This document shows, in pieces, positions 7,279 through 16,804 of a stretch of DNA of 64,000 bases. This DNA is from an uncultured Clostridia bacterium (GTDB lineage: Bacteria > Bacillota > Clostridia > Oscillospirales > UBA644). Under the pieces are notes generated by a model. The model was not told where the DNA came from. It searched no databases and saw only the letters and a program-made list of their open reading frames with translations. The translations under genes were made by a program, and so were the position numbers. Each line of letters opens with the position of its first letter. Positions within the stretch are counted from its first letter, which is position 1. Location: assembly GCA_944382895.1 (NCBI GenBank), contig CALWNV010000001.1, positions 849-64,848 of the forward strand. Reading direction: 5' to 3'.

Positions 7279-8934
7279 CTATTTCGACGATGTTTCTGCT
7301 GTTTTTTCCAAAAAACTGTTAATTTTCGCCCTAAGAGAAAGCAACCATTCTCCGTTCTGAGGGTATTTGCTCATCGTTATTTTATAATCAAGACCTTCGT
7401 GAATAGTTTGCAGGACGGTTTCTCTCCCTAAAAATTTTTCAAGTGTCTGTAAAGCCCGGAGATCCCTCAATGCGTCGGCAAAAACTTCAAATCGTAACGA
7501 TGAGATTGCGGAACCGTTGCTTGCCGGATAAACAACAAACGCATCACCAGAAGGGAAAGTGGCTCCAGCGGCAGTAACAAGATAAGGATTTATTTTTTCA
7601 AAAGAATTTTGAGTATTGTAAAAATTATATCCCCAATGTAAAAAACCTTTAACATTATAAATATACAATTGTACACCTATCATCCTATTACGAAATGACG
7701 GCATACAAAAAAATCTATTTGACAATCCGTTATGATACTGCGCACAACAGTAATATGTCCAAAGTTCTTTTACATTTCTGAAAGCCTCTATCGCACTTGT
7801 AGAGGGAATAGGCGTCTCAACAAGGCCGTTTTCATAAAACTCATAGTCGGAAAGTGCGTCAAACGTACGAAATTCCGCACCTAAATGCTTTTTAATAAGG
7901 TCACTTGCAAAACGATATCTTTCTATAAACTGTGCAGCCGGTTCATCCGAAATATGAAAGTATGTATTTCCGGCAACACCTTTTTTTCTAAGGAAGTCAG
8001 TAAGCTCAGGTAAAAACATATTGAGAAAACTTGTATATTCCGGACTATCTGCCTCTGTATCCCATCCAAAAATACGCCTTTCTTCCCCGTTGACCTCAGC
8101 AACAATTTTCGGGCATGAGGTCACACCCCATTGAGTAAATAAATGTGAAATTTCAAAATACTCAATACCACAACGTTTTGCCGTATCTATCCACCTTCCA
8201 AGCTTATCAAAGTCAAACAGATACCCATCTTCTTTTTTCTTAACGACAACCAACTGCACCGTCAAACGTTCGGTTCCGGCAGCAGTATCAAGAGGAGGTG
8301 TAAATATCGGCGTCAATAACATGTTCATGCCGTGATCCACCGCAGTTTTGATATATGATTCCAAAATCTCCCAAAACTTTTCACTGAACACAGGTTCATT
8401 ATAATAATGTGAAAGACAATCACAGTGAAGCCAATTGGTATATATCAAAGTTTGTGGATCAAGAACGACAGGAAGAACTTCAAGTTCAAGTTTTTCGCTT
8501 TCCGCCACTTTTTCATGAGTCTGGGGATTAAGAAAAATCAAACGAATATAATGTCTGCCCGGAAGAAGATTTGAAGAATCTATAGATATCCATAAAGAAC
8601 ACCATGCATCTTTTTTTGCAAAGACAACATGATTTTCTGCAGGGGAAAGGACATCAGGATATGTTTTATCCGGAGAAAATTCATAGCCTGTTTCTGTTTC
8701 CGCATCACTGTAAATTTCAAATTCGGAAGGTACCGAAAAAATATTTCTTACAGTGACAGCTTCGTCTATATCAGACTCAATCATAAATTTTAGGAACATA
8801 TCATTTTCCGGACATATAGCGACCTGATAATTATAAAGATCATTCAAAAGCATAGTCGCAAATAAAAGCTCGCCGCCCGGATCAGTTTTCCCGAACACAC
8901 GTGTGAGACTGTTTATATTTTTTATTATCATCAC
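7279..8934 (-). CDS. DUF4091-type putative glycoside hydrolase (GH123-like; candidate hexosaminidase)
   Basis: 551 aa with no signal peptide. The overall architecture and the FHISDEP (Asp-Glu pair) motif resemble my memory of DUF4091/GH123 proteins. The family assignment was not verified by a search. Confidence 0.45.
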   Translation of the reverse strand: MMIIKNINSLTRVFGKTDPGGELLFATMLLNDLYNYQVAICPENDMFLKFMIESDIDEAVTVRNIFSVPSEFEIYSDAETETGYEFSPDKTYPDVLSPAENHVVFAKKDAWCSLWISIDSSNLLPGRHYIRLIFLNPQTHEKVAESEKLELEVLPVVLDPQTLIYTNWLHCDCLSHYYNEPVFSEKFWEILESYIKTAVDHGMNMLLTPIFTPPLDTAAGTERLTVQLVVVKKKEDGYLFDFDKLGRWIDTAKRCGIEYFEISHLFTQWGVTSCPKIVAEVNGEERRIFGWDTEADSPEYTSFLNMFLPELTDFLRKKGVAGNTYFHISDEPAAQFIERYRFASDLIKKHLGAEFRTFDALSDYEFYENGLVETPIPSTSAIEAFRNVKELWTYYCCAQYHNGLSNRFFCMPSFRNRMIGVQLYIYNVKGFLHWGYNFYNTQNSFEKINPYLVTAAGATFPSGDAFVVYPASNGSAISSLRFEVFADALRDLRALQTLEKFLGRETVLQTIHEGLDYKITMSKYPQNGEWLLSLRAKINSFLEKTAETSSK

Positions 8935-10091
8935 TGCTTCACCCTTACAAAAGCATATTTTCCGTTCGATTTAACATAAGCACAACCGTCAATGACACTG
9001 CCGACTTCATCAAAAACATATTCCATTACCATCTTACCGTCTTTATCAATAAATCCCCACAATCCGTTTTTTTCGACTGCGGCAAATGTCCCGGAAAAAT
9101 CCATTGCCGCCGAAAATTGCAAAGGAATGACTTCGCTTCCCTGTCCATCAAGAAAACCCCATAACCCGTCGGAATAAACTCGGGCTCTGCCTTCTGTTAC
9201 AGGGTATGCATAATTATAAAGCATTTCCGCAGCAGTCGACCCGTCTTTATTTATATATCCATAAAGGCTTTTCGTAGCGGAAATAGTTTTCCCTACCACA
9301 GCAAGACCTTCTGAGAAGGAGTACGCCTCATCATAAAGAGTATCAATTACTATCTCTCCGTTTTTGTCACAATATCCCCAATACAAATTGTTCTCCGCAT
9401 CTGACACTCGGATCGCCGCAAATCCTTCCGAAAAAGGAAGCGCATCAGTAAATTTTGTATTTATAACAAGTTCTCCGGAAGAATCAAGAAACCCGCTCAG
9501 ATGATTAGTGTCCGGGCTGAAAACCTCCACCAATCCTTCGCTAAATTTCTGCCCTTCTGACCATTTATTCTCTATGACCATATTTCCTGTACTATCAATA
9601 TACCCGTACCCGTCATCCTTCTTGACTGCGGCAAAGCCTTCGGAAAATTCAAGAGCATCGGTAAACGAAAATTCTGTTAAAAGCTGTCCGCTTTTATCAA
9701 TATAAGCATAATAATTCCCCTGTTTAACTGCAGCGAATCCTTCGGAAAATACAGAAGCCAAAGAATATTCCGGGTTTATTGAAAAATTTCCATCCGGATC
9801 TATAAATCCCCATTTCCCGTTGTTCCGATCCTGAACAGCACACAGTCCTTCGGAAAAACGCACAACTGCTGTATAAGAATAATCTATCGCAAGATCTCCC
9901 TCTACATTTATAAAACCCCACAGCCCGTCCTTTTTAACCGCGGCAAAACCTTCGGAAAAATTTTTTACATTCTCCCATTCGTACCCAGAAATCAATTCAA
10001 ACGTATCTCCTTGGACTTCAGGGAACGACGAACACGAAGACGTAATAAAAAAGATACAGAAAAATAAAATGACAGATATAAGTTTTTTCAT
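8931..10091 (-). CDS. WG-repeat (KWG-type) lipoprotein
   Basis: Lipobox signal MKKLISVILFFCIFFITSSC. About 9 repeats of FSEGxAxVxxxGxWGxID. Its stop overlaps the next gene's start (ATGA). Confidence 0.8.
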   Translation of the reverse strand: MKKLISVILFFCIFFITSSCSSFPEVQGDTFELISGYEWENVKNFSEGFAAVKKDGLWGFINVEGDLAIDYSYTAVVRFSEGLCAVQDRNNGKWGFIDPDGNFSINPEYSLASVFSEGFAAVKQGNYYAYIDKSGQLLTEFSFTDALEFSEGFAAVKKDDGYGYIDSTGNMVIENKWSEGQKFSEGLVEVFSPDTNHLSGFLDSSGELVINTKFTDALPFSEGFAAIRVSDAENNLYWGYCDKNGEIVIDTLYDEAYSFSEGLAVVGKTISATKSLYGYINKDGSTAAEMLYNYAYPVTEGRARVYSDGLWGFLDGQGSEVIPLQFSAAMDFSGTFAAVEKNGLWGFIDKDGKMVMEYVFDEVGSVIDGCAYVKSNGKYAFVRVKQ

Positions 10092-10587
10092 CGTAAGGCC
10101 CTTTCTTCTCAGATAGATCTTTCTTTATATGCATAATATAACCGTATATTTTATCCTTCGTTTTTGAAACCAACAGAATATCATACAGTTAAGAATTCTC
10201 TTTTATGTTTACAACACTGCACAAAATAAAAATATTATGTATTATTATAACATAACTACAGACAAAAATCAATGAAAAAACTGTAAGTTATATTGTGATT
10301 TGACAGATTTATTTTTTTCGGGACTCAAGTTGCGGCTAAAACATTTATACACCTATGTGACCATTGTAAATTCTTTCAAAATAAAATCTCAAAACAATAA
10401 AAACGATCCTGTAAAACAATATTACTTCTTTTATTATCTCACGCCCCTGTCAGAAATATATTCACAATGCTTCTGTTAAAAAACAAATTGCAGCTTTAGT
10501 ATAAATTAAAATTCAAAGAACTTATCTGTGGTAAAGCTTTAATATACAAAGTTTTTTCCAAATTTAAAAAAAATCCTTTTTTTGCTA

Positions 10588-10616
10588 TTGACCTTTTTTG
10601 AAATTAGTGATATATT
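10588..10616 (+). promoter_or_regulatory. Sigma-A promoter for ktrBA, giving a ~115-135 nt leader
   Basis: TTGACC (10588-10593), 17-nt spacer, TATATT (10611-10616), with an extended -10 TG (TGATATATT). Confidence 0.55.
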
Positions 10617-10737
10617 ATTATAAGAAAACATACGGGGTTTTTATTGTAAAATTTATAAACACCAAGCAAAAAAACAACAGCTGACGGATTCCGGATATCC
10701 GTATACTCAATATTTGTCCGGAAACATATAGGGGGGT

Positions 10738-12111
10738 GTGAACCGCAACGTGTTCAAAATGCGAAAAAGAGTCATTCTTGACTCAACGCAGATAATAGCT
10801 ATCGGATTTATTGTTCTGATTTTGTTCGGAGCAGTTCTTCTTTCTCTGCCTGTTTCTTCCGCCAACGGGGAATATACAAATTTTCTTTCATGTATTTTTA
10901 CTTCCACGTCTGCGTCATGCATAACGGGACTTGTAGTGGTGGATACCGTGACACACTGGAGTGTGTTCGGACAAATCGTTATTTTATTGCTTATTCAGAT
11001 AGGCGGATTAGGATTTATGTCCCTGGCGACTTTTTTTTCTTTTCTCATACGCAAAAATATTTCTTTTAAGGAGAGAATGAGAGCTGCACAATCATTCAGT
11101 CTTTTCGAATTCAAAGGTGCGATACGGATAGTAAAACATATATTTTTAGGAACCTTATGCTTTGAAGGAGCCGGAGCTGTCATTTTAAGTGTAAGATTTA
11201 TTCCGCATTTCGGAATAATCGACGGGATATGGAAAGGTATTTTTACTTCCGTTTCGGCTTTCTGCAACGCGGGCTTTGATCTTATGGGGAAATTTTCAGG
11301 AAAGTTCTCTTCCCTTACGGCGTTTTCCGACGATCTTGTCGTATGTATGACAGTAATGCTCCTTATCGTAATAGGAGGTCTCGGATTCATAGTTTGGGAA
11401 GAACTTTTCACGATAAGAAAATTTTCTAAATTTTCCTTATTTTCAAAACTGGCTATCATAACAACAGGTCTTCTCATATTATCCGGAGCCGTTTTGATTT
11501 TCATAACAGAAGTAACAAACCCGGAAACACTTAAGCCCATGTCTTTTAAAGGGCAGGTATTGTCCTCTCTCTTTCAGGCAATAACACCAAGGACAGCAGG
11601 ATTCAATACAATAGATCTTGCCGCCATGCGTGACGCCTCAAAAGTAATCATGGTGGTTCTCATGTTTATAGGAGCAAATTCCGGATCTACAGGCGGAGGA
11701 ATTAAAGTTTCAACCTTCTCAGTCATTGTTGTCGGTGTTTTATGCATTGCCCGGGGTAAAAAAGATGTCACGGCCTTTGAACGCAGAATATCGGAAGGAA
11801 CTGTTTTCCGCGCGTTCGCGCTTGTTATCATGGCCGCTGCCGTACTTATCCTCTGCTCCGTAATGATTTGTTTTTTACAGCCTGAGCTTTCTTATACAGA
11901 TGTAATATACGAATGCGTTTCAGCTTTTGGTACAGTAGGACTTACGCTGGGTATAACAACAGAACTTTCCGGGATTTCACAAATTATAATAATATTCCTG
12001 ATGTATTTCGGCAGAGTAGGACTTCTGACACTTTCGTTTGCAATATTCAAACGTCAGCAAAGATCTCTGAATAAACTGCAATATCCGGAAGGAAAAGTCA
12101 TAATAGGATAG
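10738..12111 (+). CDS. ktrB: Potassium uptake protein, TrkH/KtrB family membrane subunit
   Basis: Polytopic membrane protein with repeated pore-loop motifs (IGGLGF, CNAGFD, GSTGGGIK, FGTVGL). The start is ambiguous: GTG 10738, GTG 10750 or ATG 10759. Confidence 0.9.
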   Translation: MNRNVFKMRKRVILDSTQIIAIGFIVLILFGAVLLSLPVSSANGEYTNFLSCIFTSTSASCITGLVVVDTVTHWSVFGQIVILLLIQIGGLGFMSLATFFSFLIRKNISFKERMRAAQSFSLFEFKGAIRIVKHIFLGTLCFEGAGAVILSVRFIPHFGIIDGIWKGIFTSVSAFCNAGFDLMGKFSGKFSSLTAFSDDLVVCMTVMLLIVIGGLGFIVWEELFTIRKFSKFSLFSKLAIITTGLLILSGAVLIFITEVTNPETLKPMSFKGQVLSSLFQAITPRTAGFNTIDLAAMRDASKVIMVVLMFIGANSGSTGGGIKVSTFSVIVVGVLCIARGKKDVTAFERRISEGTVFRAFALVIMAAAVLILCSVMICFLQPELSYTDVIYECVSAFGTVGLTLGITTELSGISQIIIIFLMYFGRVGLLTLSFAIFKRQQRSLNKLQYPEGKVIIG

Positions 12112-12120
12112 GTGAAAAAA

Positions 12121-12771
12121 ATGAAATCTTTTCTCGTAATAGGTTTAGGAAGATTTGGCAAAAGCGTTGCTCTTACCCTCACTGCTCTCGGAAACGAAGT
12201 TTTAGCAGTAGATAAAAACCCTGAAATCGTCGAGGAAGTCGCATCTCAGGTCACTCACGCGCTTTCAGGAGAATGTCGGGACAAGCAAACACTGGAAAGC
12301 TTGGGAGTAAGGAATTTTGACTGCGTAATAGTGGCAATTTCGGAAAGTGTGGAATCAAGTATACTTATAACACTGATGTTGAAAGATCTCGGAGCAAAAT
12401 ATGTTATAAACAAAGCTGCCACAGAAATACATGCAAGGATACTCAGACAAGTGGGCGCCGACAAAATAATTTTTCCGGAAATGGATATGGGAACCAAACT
12501 TGCTCAAAGATTGTCTTCAGCCGGAATACTTGATTTTATAGAGCTTTCTGACAAATATTCCATTGTCGAAATACAAATGCCTTCATCATGGGTTGGGAAA
12601 ACATTGAGAGATCTTGATTTACGCGCGAACTACGGGATAAATGTAGTTGCTCTCAAAAACAATGAAAATCAGACCATCGACGTTTCTCCGAATCCAGACA
12701 AAGAATTTACAGAAAATGATGTTCTTGTCGTAATAGGCCTTAACTCCGATATTGCAAAGGTAACAAAGTGA
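12121..12771 (+). CDS. ktrA: Potassium uptake protein, TrkA/KtrA RCK-domain subunit
   Basis: Rossmann motif VIGLGRFG, plus TrkA-N and TrkA-C domains. RBS AGGTG lies 6 nt before the ATG at 12121 (the ORF track uses GTG 12112). Confidence 0.9.
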   Translation: MKSFLVIGLGRFGKSVALTLTALGNEVLAVDKNPEIVEEVASQVTHALSGECRDKQTLESLGVRNFDCVIVAISESVESSILITLMLKDLGAKYVINKAATEIHARILRQVGADKIIFPEMDMGTKLAQRLSSAGILDFIELSDKYSIVEIQMPSSWVGKTLRDLDLRANYGINVVALKNNENQTIDVSPNPDKEFTENDVLVVIGLNSDIAKVTK

Positions 12772-13499
12772 TCGCAGGGAAAATAACCGGACGGAAAGAC
12801 ATTCTCTTAAATGATGTCCTTGAAGCAAAAAAAGAGCCTTCGCAATCCGGATTTATAATCGAAGGCGCAAAATTTGTAGCAGATTGCTCTCCCGAACATA
12901 TTAAGCAGGTTTTCGTGACAGACGCAGAAAAATACTCTGTGATCGTATCAAAATTTGAAAAAGTATATGAAGTATCCTCCTCAGTCGCAAGCAAAATTTC
13001 ATCCGCGAAATCAGGACAGGAAGTTATTGCCCTTGCGGTAAAAAACAATCCCCCATGCCCGGAAAAACTTGTGATACTTGACCGTGTTCAGGACAGCGGG
13101 AATGTTGGGACCATAATACGAACCGCGTCGGCATTCGGTTTCGGAGTGATAGTTTCGGCAGATTCCGCCAACCCGTATTCAGTAAAAACAGCAAGAAGCT
13201 CCGCCGGGGCGATTTTATCTTGTTATGTACAAAAAAGTGATTTACCTCAAATAATCCCTGACCTGAAACGCAGAGGGGTTTATATATACTCGTCAGAGAT
13301 TGACCGGTCCGCGACTCTTTTGAAAAACATTTCTCGAAATAAAACTTCTTTCGCGGTAATTATAGGAAACGAAGGCTGCGGCGTAAGTAAAACCATATCA
13401 TCTTTTGCCGATGAAAAAATTTATATACCGATTGAAAAAGAAAACTCACTTAATGCATCAATAGCCGACGCAATAATAATGTACGAAACAAACTCATAA
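12768..13499 (+). CDS. TrmH/SpoU-family RNA 2'-O-methyltransferase
   Basis: SpoU motifs are present: DRVQDSGNVGTIIRTASAFG, IIGNEGCGVS, LNASIADAI. The GTG start overlaps the ktrA stop (GTGA). Confidence 0.8.
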   Translation: MIAGKITGRKDILLNDVLEAKKEPSQSGFIIEGAKFVADCSPEHIKQVFVTDAEKYSVIVSKFEKVYEVSSSVASKISSAKSGQEVIALAVKNNPPCPEKLVILDRVQDSGNVGTIIRTASAFGFGVIVSADSANPYSVKTARSSAGAILSCYVQKSDLPQIIPDLKRRGVYIYSSEIDRSATLLKNISRNKTSFAVIIGNEGCGVSKTISSFADEKIYIPIEKENSLNASIADAIIMYETNS

Positions 13500-13532
13500 C
13501 CTGCTGTTTCCAAGCATGACAGGAGGCCGCAA

Positions 13533-14669
13533 GTGAACGATTTATATATTCTCTGGCTCTTATCTCTTTCACCAAAACAGTTTCTTCCCAGAAATTATAA
13601 ACTGATAAAACTTTGCAAAGACGGGAAAGACCTTTACGAAAAATGTGACGGAGGTCTTGATAAAGGATTTTTTTCCGAAAAAGACAGAAAAGAGCTTTCA
13701 TCACGACCTCTTGACAAAGCTCGCTTCCTTTTAGACAAATATAAAAAAGACGGGATAAACATAATCTCGTATTATGACAATTCCTATCCTTCTTTTTTAA
13801 AAGAAATCTCTACTCCGCCGCCCGCTCTTTTTGTAAAAGGTAAACTTCCCGATACATGTGAAAACCCGTCTATTACTATAGTCGGGACACGAAACTGTAC
13901 GGAAGAAGGACGAAAAAACGCGGCAAGATTTTCTTACGCTCTCTCAGAAATGGGGTTTTCTGTCGTCAGCGGCATGGCAAGAGGAATCGACACATATGCG
14001 CATAAAGGATGTCTTTTTTCGGGGAAAAGACCTACCGTCGCTGTCCTTGCCGGAGGTGTCGACAATATATATCCTCCTGAAAACAAAGAACTTTATAACG
14101 CTATAACGGAAAGCGGTGCGGTCATAAGCGAAGCACTACCCGGAACACCTCCCATTAAAGCGTTTTTTCCAATACGAAACAGAATTTTAAGCGCAATAAC
14201 ATTCGGCACGCTTATAATAGAAACGGCTATAGAAGGCGGAAGCCTTATCACCGCAAAATACGCCCTTGAACAAAACAAACTTATTTTCGCCGTTCCCGGA
14301 GGGCTGAACGCAGCAAAAAGCAAAGGAACTAACGCACTTATAAAAGAAGGCGCAATTCTTTGCAATGGAATTTCTTGCGTCATTGAAGAATATTATCCCA
14401 TATATGGCGATAAAATAAAGATTGCATGGGAACAGGAAATAAAAAAAAGAAATACCGAAGTGAAAAAAAGAAATGCAAATAAAATTGAAACTCTTGATGA
14501 AAACGAAAAAAAAATATATCATATGCTCAAAGAAGAGCCGTTATCAGCGGATAAAATAAGCGAAAAGACCAATCTTTCAATAAATACGACCATTGCACTT
14601 TTACAAAATATGGAAATAAACGAAATCATAAAGCCTATCAAAGGCGGACTGTATATAGTAAGACTGTAA
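13533..14669 (+). CDS. dprA: DNA-processing protein DprA (Smf)
   Basis: Motifs GTRNCT, VVSGMARGIDTYAHKG and a C-terminal winged-helix-like tail. Conserved dprA-topA synteny. Confidence 0.9.
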   Translation: MNDLYILWLLSLSPKQFLPRNYKLIKLCKDGKDLYEKCDGGLDKGFFSEKDRKELSSRPLDKARFLLDKYKKDGINIISYYDNSYPSFLKEISTPPPALFVKGKLPDTCENPSITIVGTRNCTEEGRKNAARFSYALSEMGFSVVSGMARGIDTYAHKGCLFSGKRPTVAVLAGGVDNIYPPENKELYNAITESGAVISEALPGTPPIKAFFPIRNRILSAITFGTLIIETAIEGGSLITAKYALEQNKLIFAVPGGLNAAKSKGTNALIKEGAILCNGISCVIEEYYPIYGDKIKIAWEQEIKKRNTEVKKRNANKIETLDENEKKIYHMLKEEPLSADKISEKTNLSINTTIALLQNMEINEIIKPIKGGLYIVRL

Positions 14670-14680
14670 GGAGAAATTTT

Positions 14681-16804
14681 ATGCCGAAAACATCAACAAC
14701 CAAGACAACGGCAAACAGAAAAAAAACTCTTGTAATAGTTGAGTCCCCGTCAAAAATCCGGACGATAAAAAAAGTTCTGGGCTCCAACTATGAAGTATTA
14801 TCCTCAAAAGGACATATCCGAGATCTTCCCGCCTCGAAACTCGGAGTTGACATACAACATGGTTTTACACCAGAATATGTTGTTCCTCGTAAAGACGGAA
14901 AAGCGGCACTGCTCAAAGAGCTGAAAAAAGAAGCGGAAAAAAGTAAAAACGTATATCTCGCAACTGACCCTGACAGAGAAGGGGAAGCCATTGCGTGGCA
15001 TCTGTCAACACTTCTTGGTCTCGATCCGGATACTGATATACGCGTATCTTTTGATGAAATCACGGAAAAAACCATTAAATCAAGGATAAAAGAACCTACA
15101 CACATTGATAAAAATCTGGTTTATTCGCAACAGGCACGCAGAGTTCTTGACAGGATCGTAGGTTATAAACTCAGCCCTTTTTTATGGAAAAAAGTCAAAA
15201 GAGGTCTTTCCGCAGGAAGAGTTCAATCTGTCGCCACACGTATGGTTGTAGACAGGGAGAGAGAAATAGAGGCGTTTGTTCCTCAGGAATTCTGGAACCT
15301 TGACGCGGTTTTGAAAAAAGGCAACAAAATATTTGTTGCAAGATTTTATGGAAATCCTAAAAAGAAAACTATAGAAAACAAACAACAGCTTGACCAGATT
15401 TTATCGGAAACAAACGGCGCGGAATTTATAATAGACAAAATCAGACGTCAGCAGAAAACAAAAATACCCAAACCGCCTTTTACGACCAGCTCATTACAAC
15501 AAGATGCGTCTGTAAGATTGAACATGCGTCCGCAAAAAACAATGAGTGTCGCACAAAGTCTTTATGAAGGTGTCGAAATACAGGGTAAAGGTCTTTCAGG
15601 TCTTATAACATATATGCGAACAGATAGCCTGCGGCTGTCCGACGAAGCGCGTTTTGCAGCCAAGGATTTCATACTCAAAAAATACGGAGAAGAATTTTAT
15701 CCCTCATCTCCACGTATTTTCAAAACAAAAAGTACCGCCCAGGACGCACATGAGGCGATTCGACCGACAGATGTAAACCTTACTCCCGAATCTGTCAAAA
15801 GCAGCCTCAGTTCAGATCAGTATCGGCTGTATAAACTTATCTGGGAAAGATTTGTAGCCAGTCAAATGGCTTCCGCAATTTATGACACGATCTCCGTAGA
15901 CGTAAAAGCAAATAATTGCATTTTCAAGGCCGGCGACTCAAAAATAACAGTAAAAGGGTTTACCGTCCTTTATAACTATGAAGATGAAACTGAAGAAAAT
16001 ACCGGAAACCTTCCTATGCTCGAATAAGTAGATAAGCCACAACTAACAGTTCTCAATTACCCTCATTAATTCACTCCGCCGCCGCCGAGATATACAGAAG
16101 CCTCCCTTATTAAAGCATTAGAAGAAAACGGGATAGGCAGACCTTCCACATACGCTCCGACTATAAGCACTATAATTGAACGTGACTATGTTGAAAAAAA
16201 AGACAAGATTCTCATCCCGACTCAGATGGGATTTATAACAACAGATCTTATGACTGAAAATTTCAAAGACATAGTAGACTTAAAATTCACGGCGGAGATG
16301 GAAGAAAAACTGGATAAAATCGAACATGGGGAAAAAACATATCTCAATGTTCTCGAGGACTTTTATTCCGGGTTTGAAAAATCCCTCAGGGAAGCAGAAA
16401 AAAACATGGAAAATGTCCATATAAATATTCCGGACGAGGTCAGCGATGTCACTTGTGATCTGTGTGGGGCAAAAATGGTATATAAAAACGGACGTTTCGG
16501 TAAATTTCTTGCCTGCCCCAATTTTCCGGCATGCAGAAACACGAAAGCCATTATAAATTACGCGGACGGTGCATGCCCGAAATGCGGAGCCCGGATCGTG
16601 ATACGCAGATCTCCGAAAGGGAAAACGTATTATGCATGTGAAAGACCTCGCGAGGAATGCGGTTTTATGTCTTGGGACGCACCGACAAAAGAGACCTGCC
16701 CTCAATGCGGTAAAACGCTTTTTAAGGGAATAAGCAGAGTTAAACATTGTCTGAATGAAAACTGCGGATATACGCAAAAGAAGAAAACAGATGAAAAAAG
16801 TTAA
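14681..16804 (+). pseudogene. topA: DNA topoisomerase I, a single 707-codon frame interrupted by in-frame TAA codons at 16025-16027 and 16067-16069
   Basis: Segment 14681-16024 has the TOPRIM domain (LVIVESPSK, DPDREGE). Segment 16070-16225 has [29 protein letters not shown]. Segment 16226-16804 has three Cys4 zinc ribbons. All segments share one frame (start positions equal 2 mod 3). Confidence 0.85.

Noticed and set aside
10623-10760. Possible c-di-AMP (ydaO/yuaA) riboswitch upstream of ktrB: ACGGGG, GGGGGGTGTGAACC and a CCGGAATCCGTCAGCTG-like block.
   Set aside because: The best-matching block (similar to CCGAAxCCGxCAGCU) is on the minus strand. The order of the elements does not follow the riboswitch consensus as I remember it, and I could not build the pseudo-twofold helices by eye. 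It is kept only as an unclassified leader; a covariance-model scan is needed.
10995-11540. 181-aa antisense ORF inside ktrB. Similar long antisense ORFs occur at 26281-26940 (in recD2), 50711-51343 (in purB), 43670-44308 and 43968-44372 (antisense to the SBP and coiled-coil genes), 38215-38742 (in ntpI), 48555-49121 (in ftsK), 53317-53817 (in asnS) and 33286-33991 (in ntpA).
   Set aside because: Each lies opposite a confidently identified conserved gene. Each lacks an RBS and has the skewed Ser/Pro/Ile/Phe/Lys-rich composition expected from reading AT-rich coding DNA in the wrong frame.
16025-16069. Alternative genetic code (TAA reassigned to a sense codon) as an explanation for the topA stops.
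   Set aside because: TAA clearly terminates well-delimited neighbouring genes at homologous C-termini (e.g. 3444-3446, 4947-4949, and topA itself at 16802-16804). No other conserved gene in the 64 kb has internal TAA codons.
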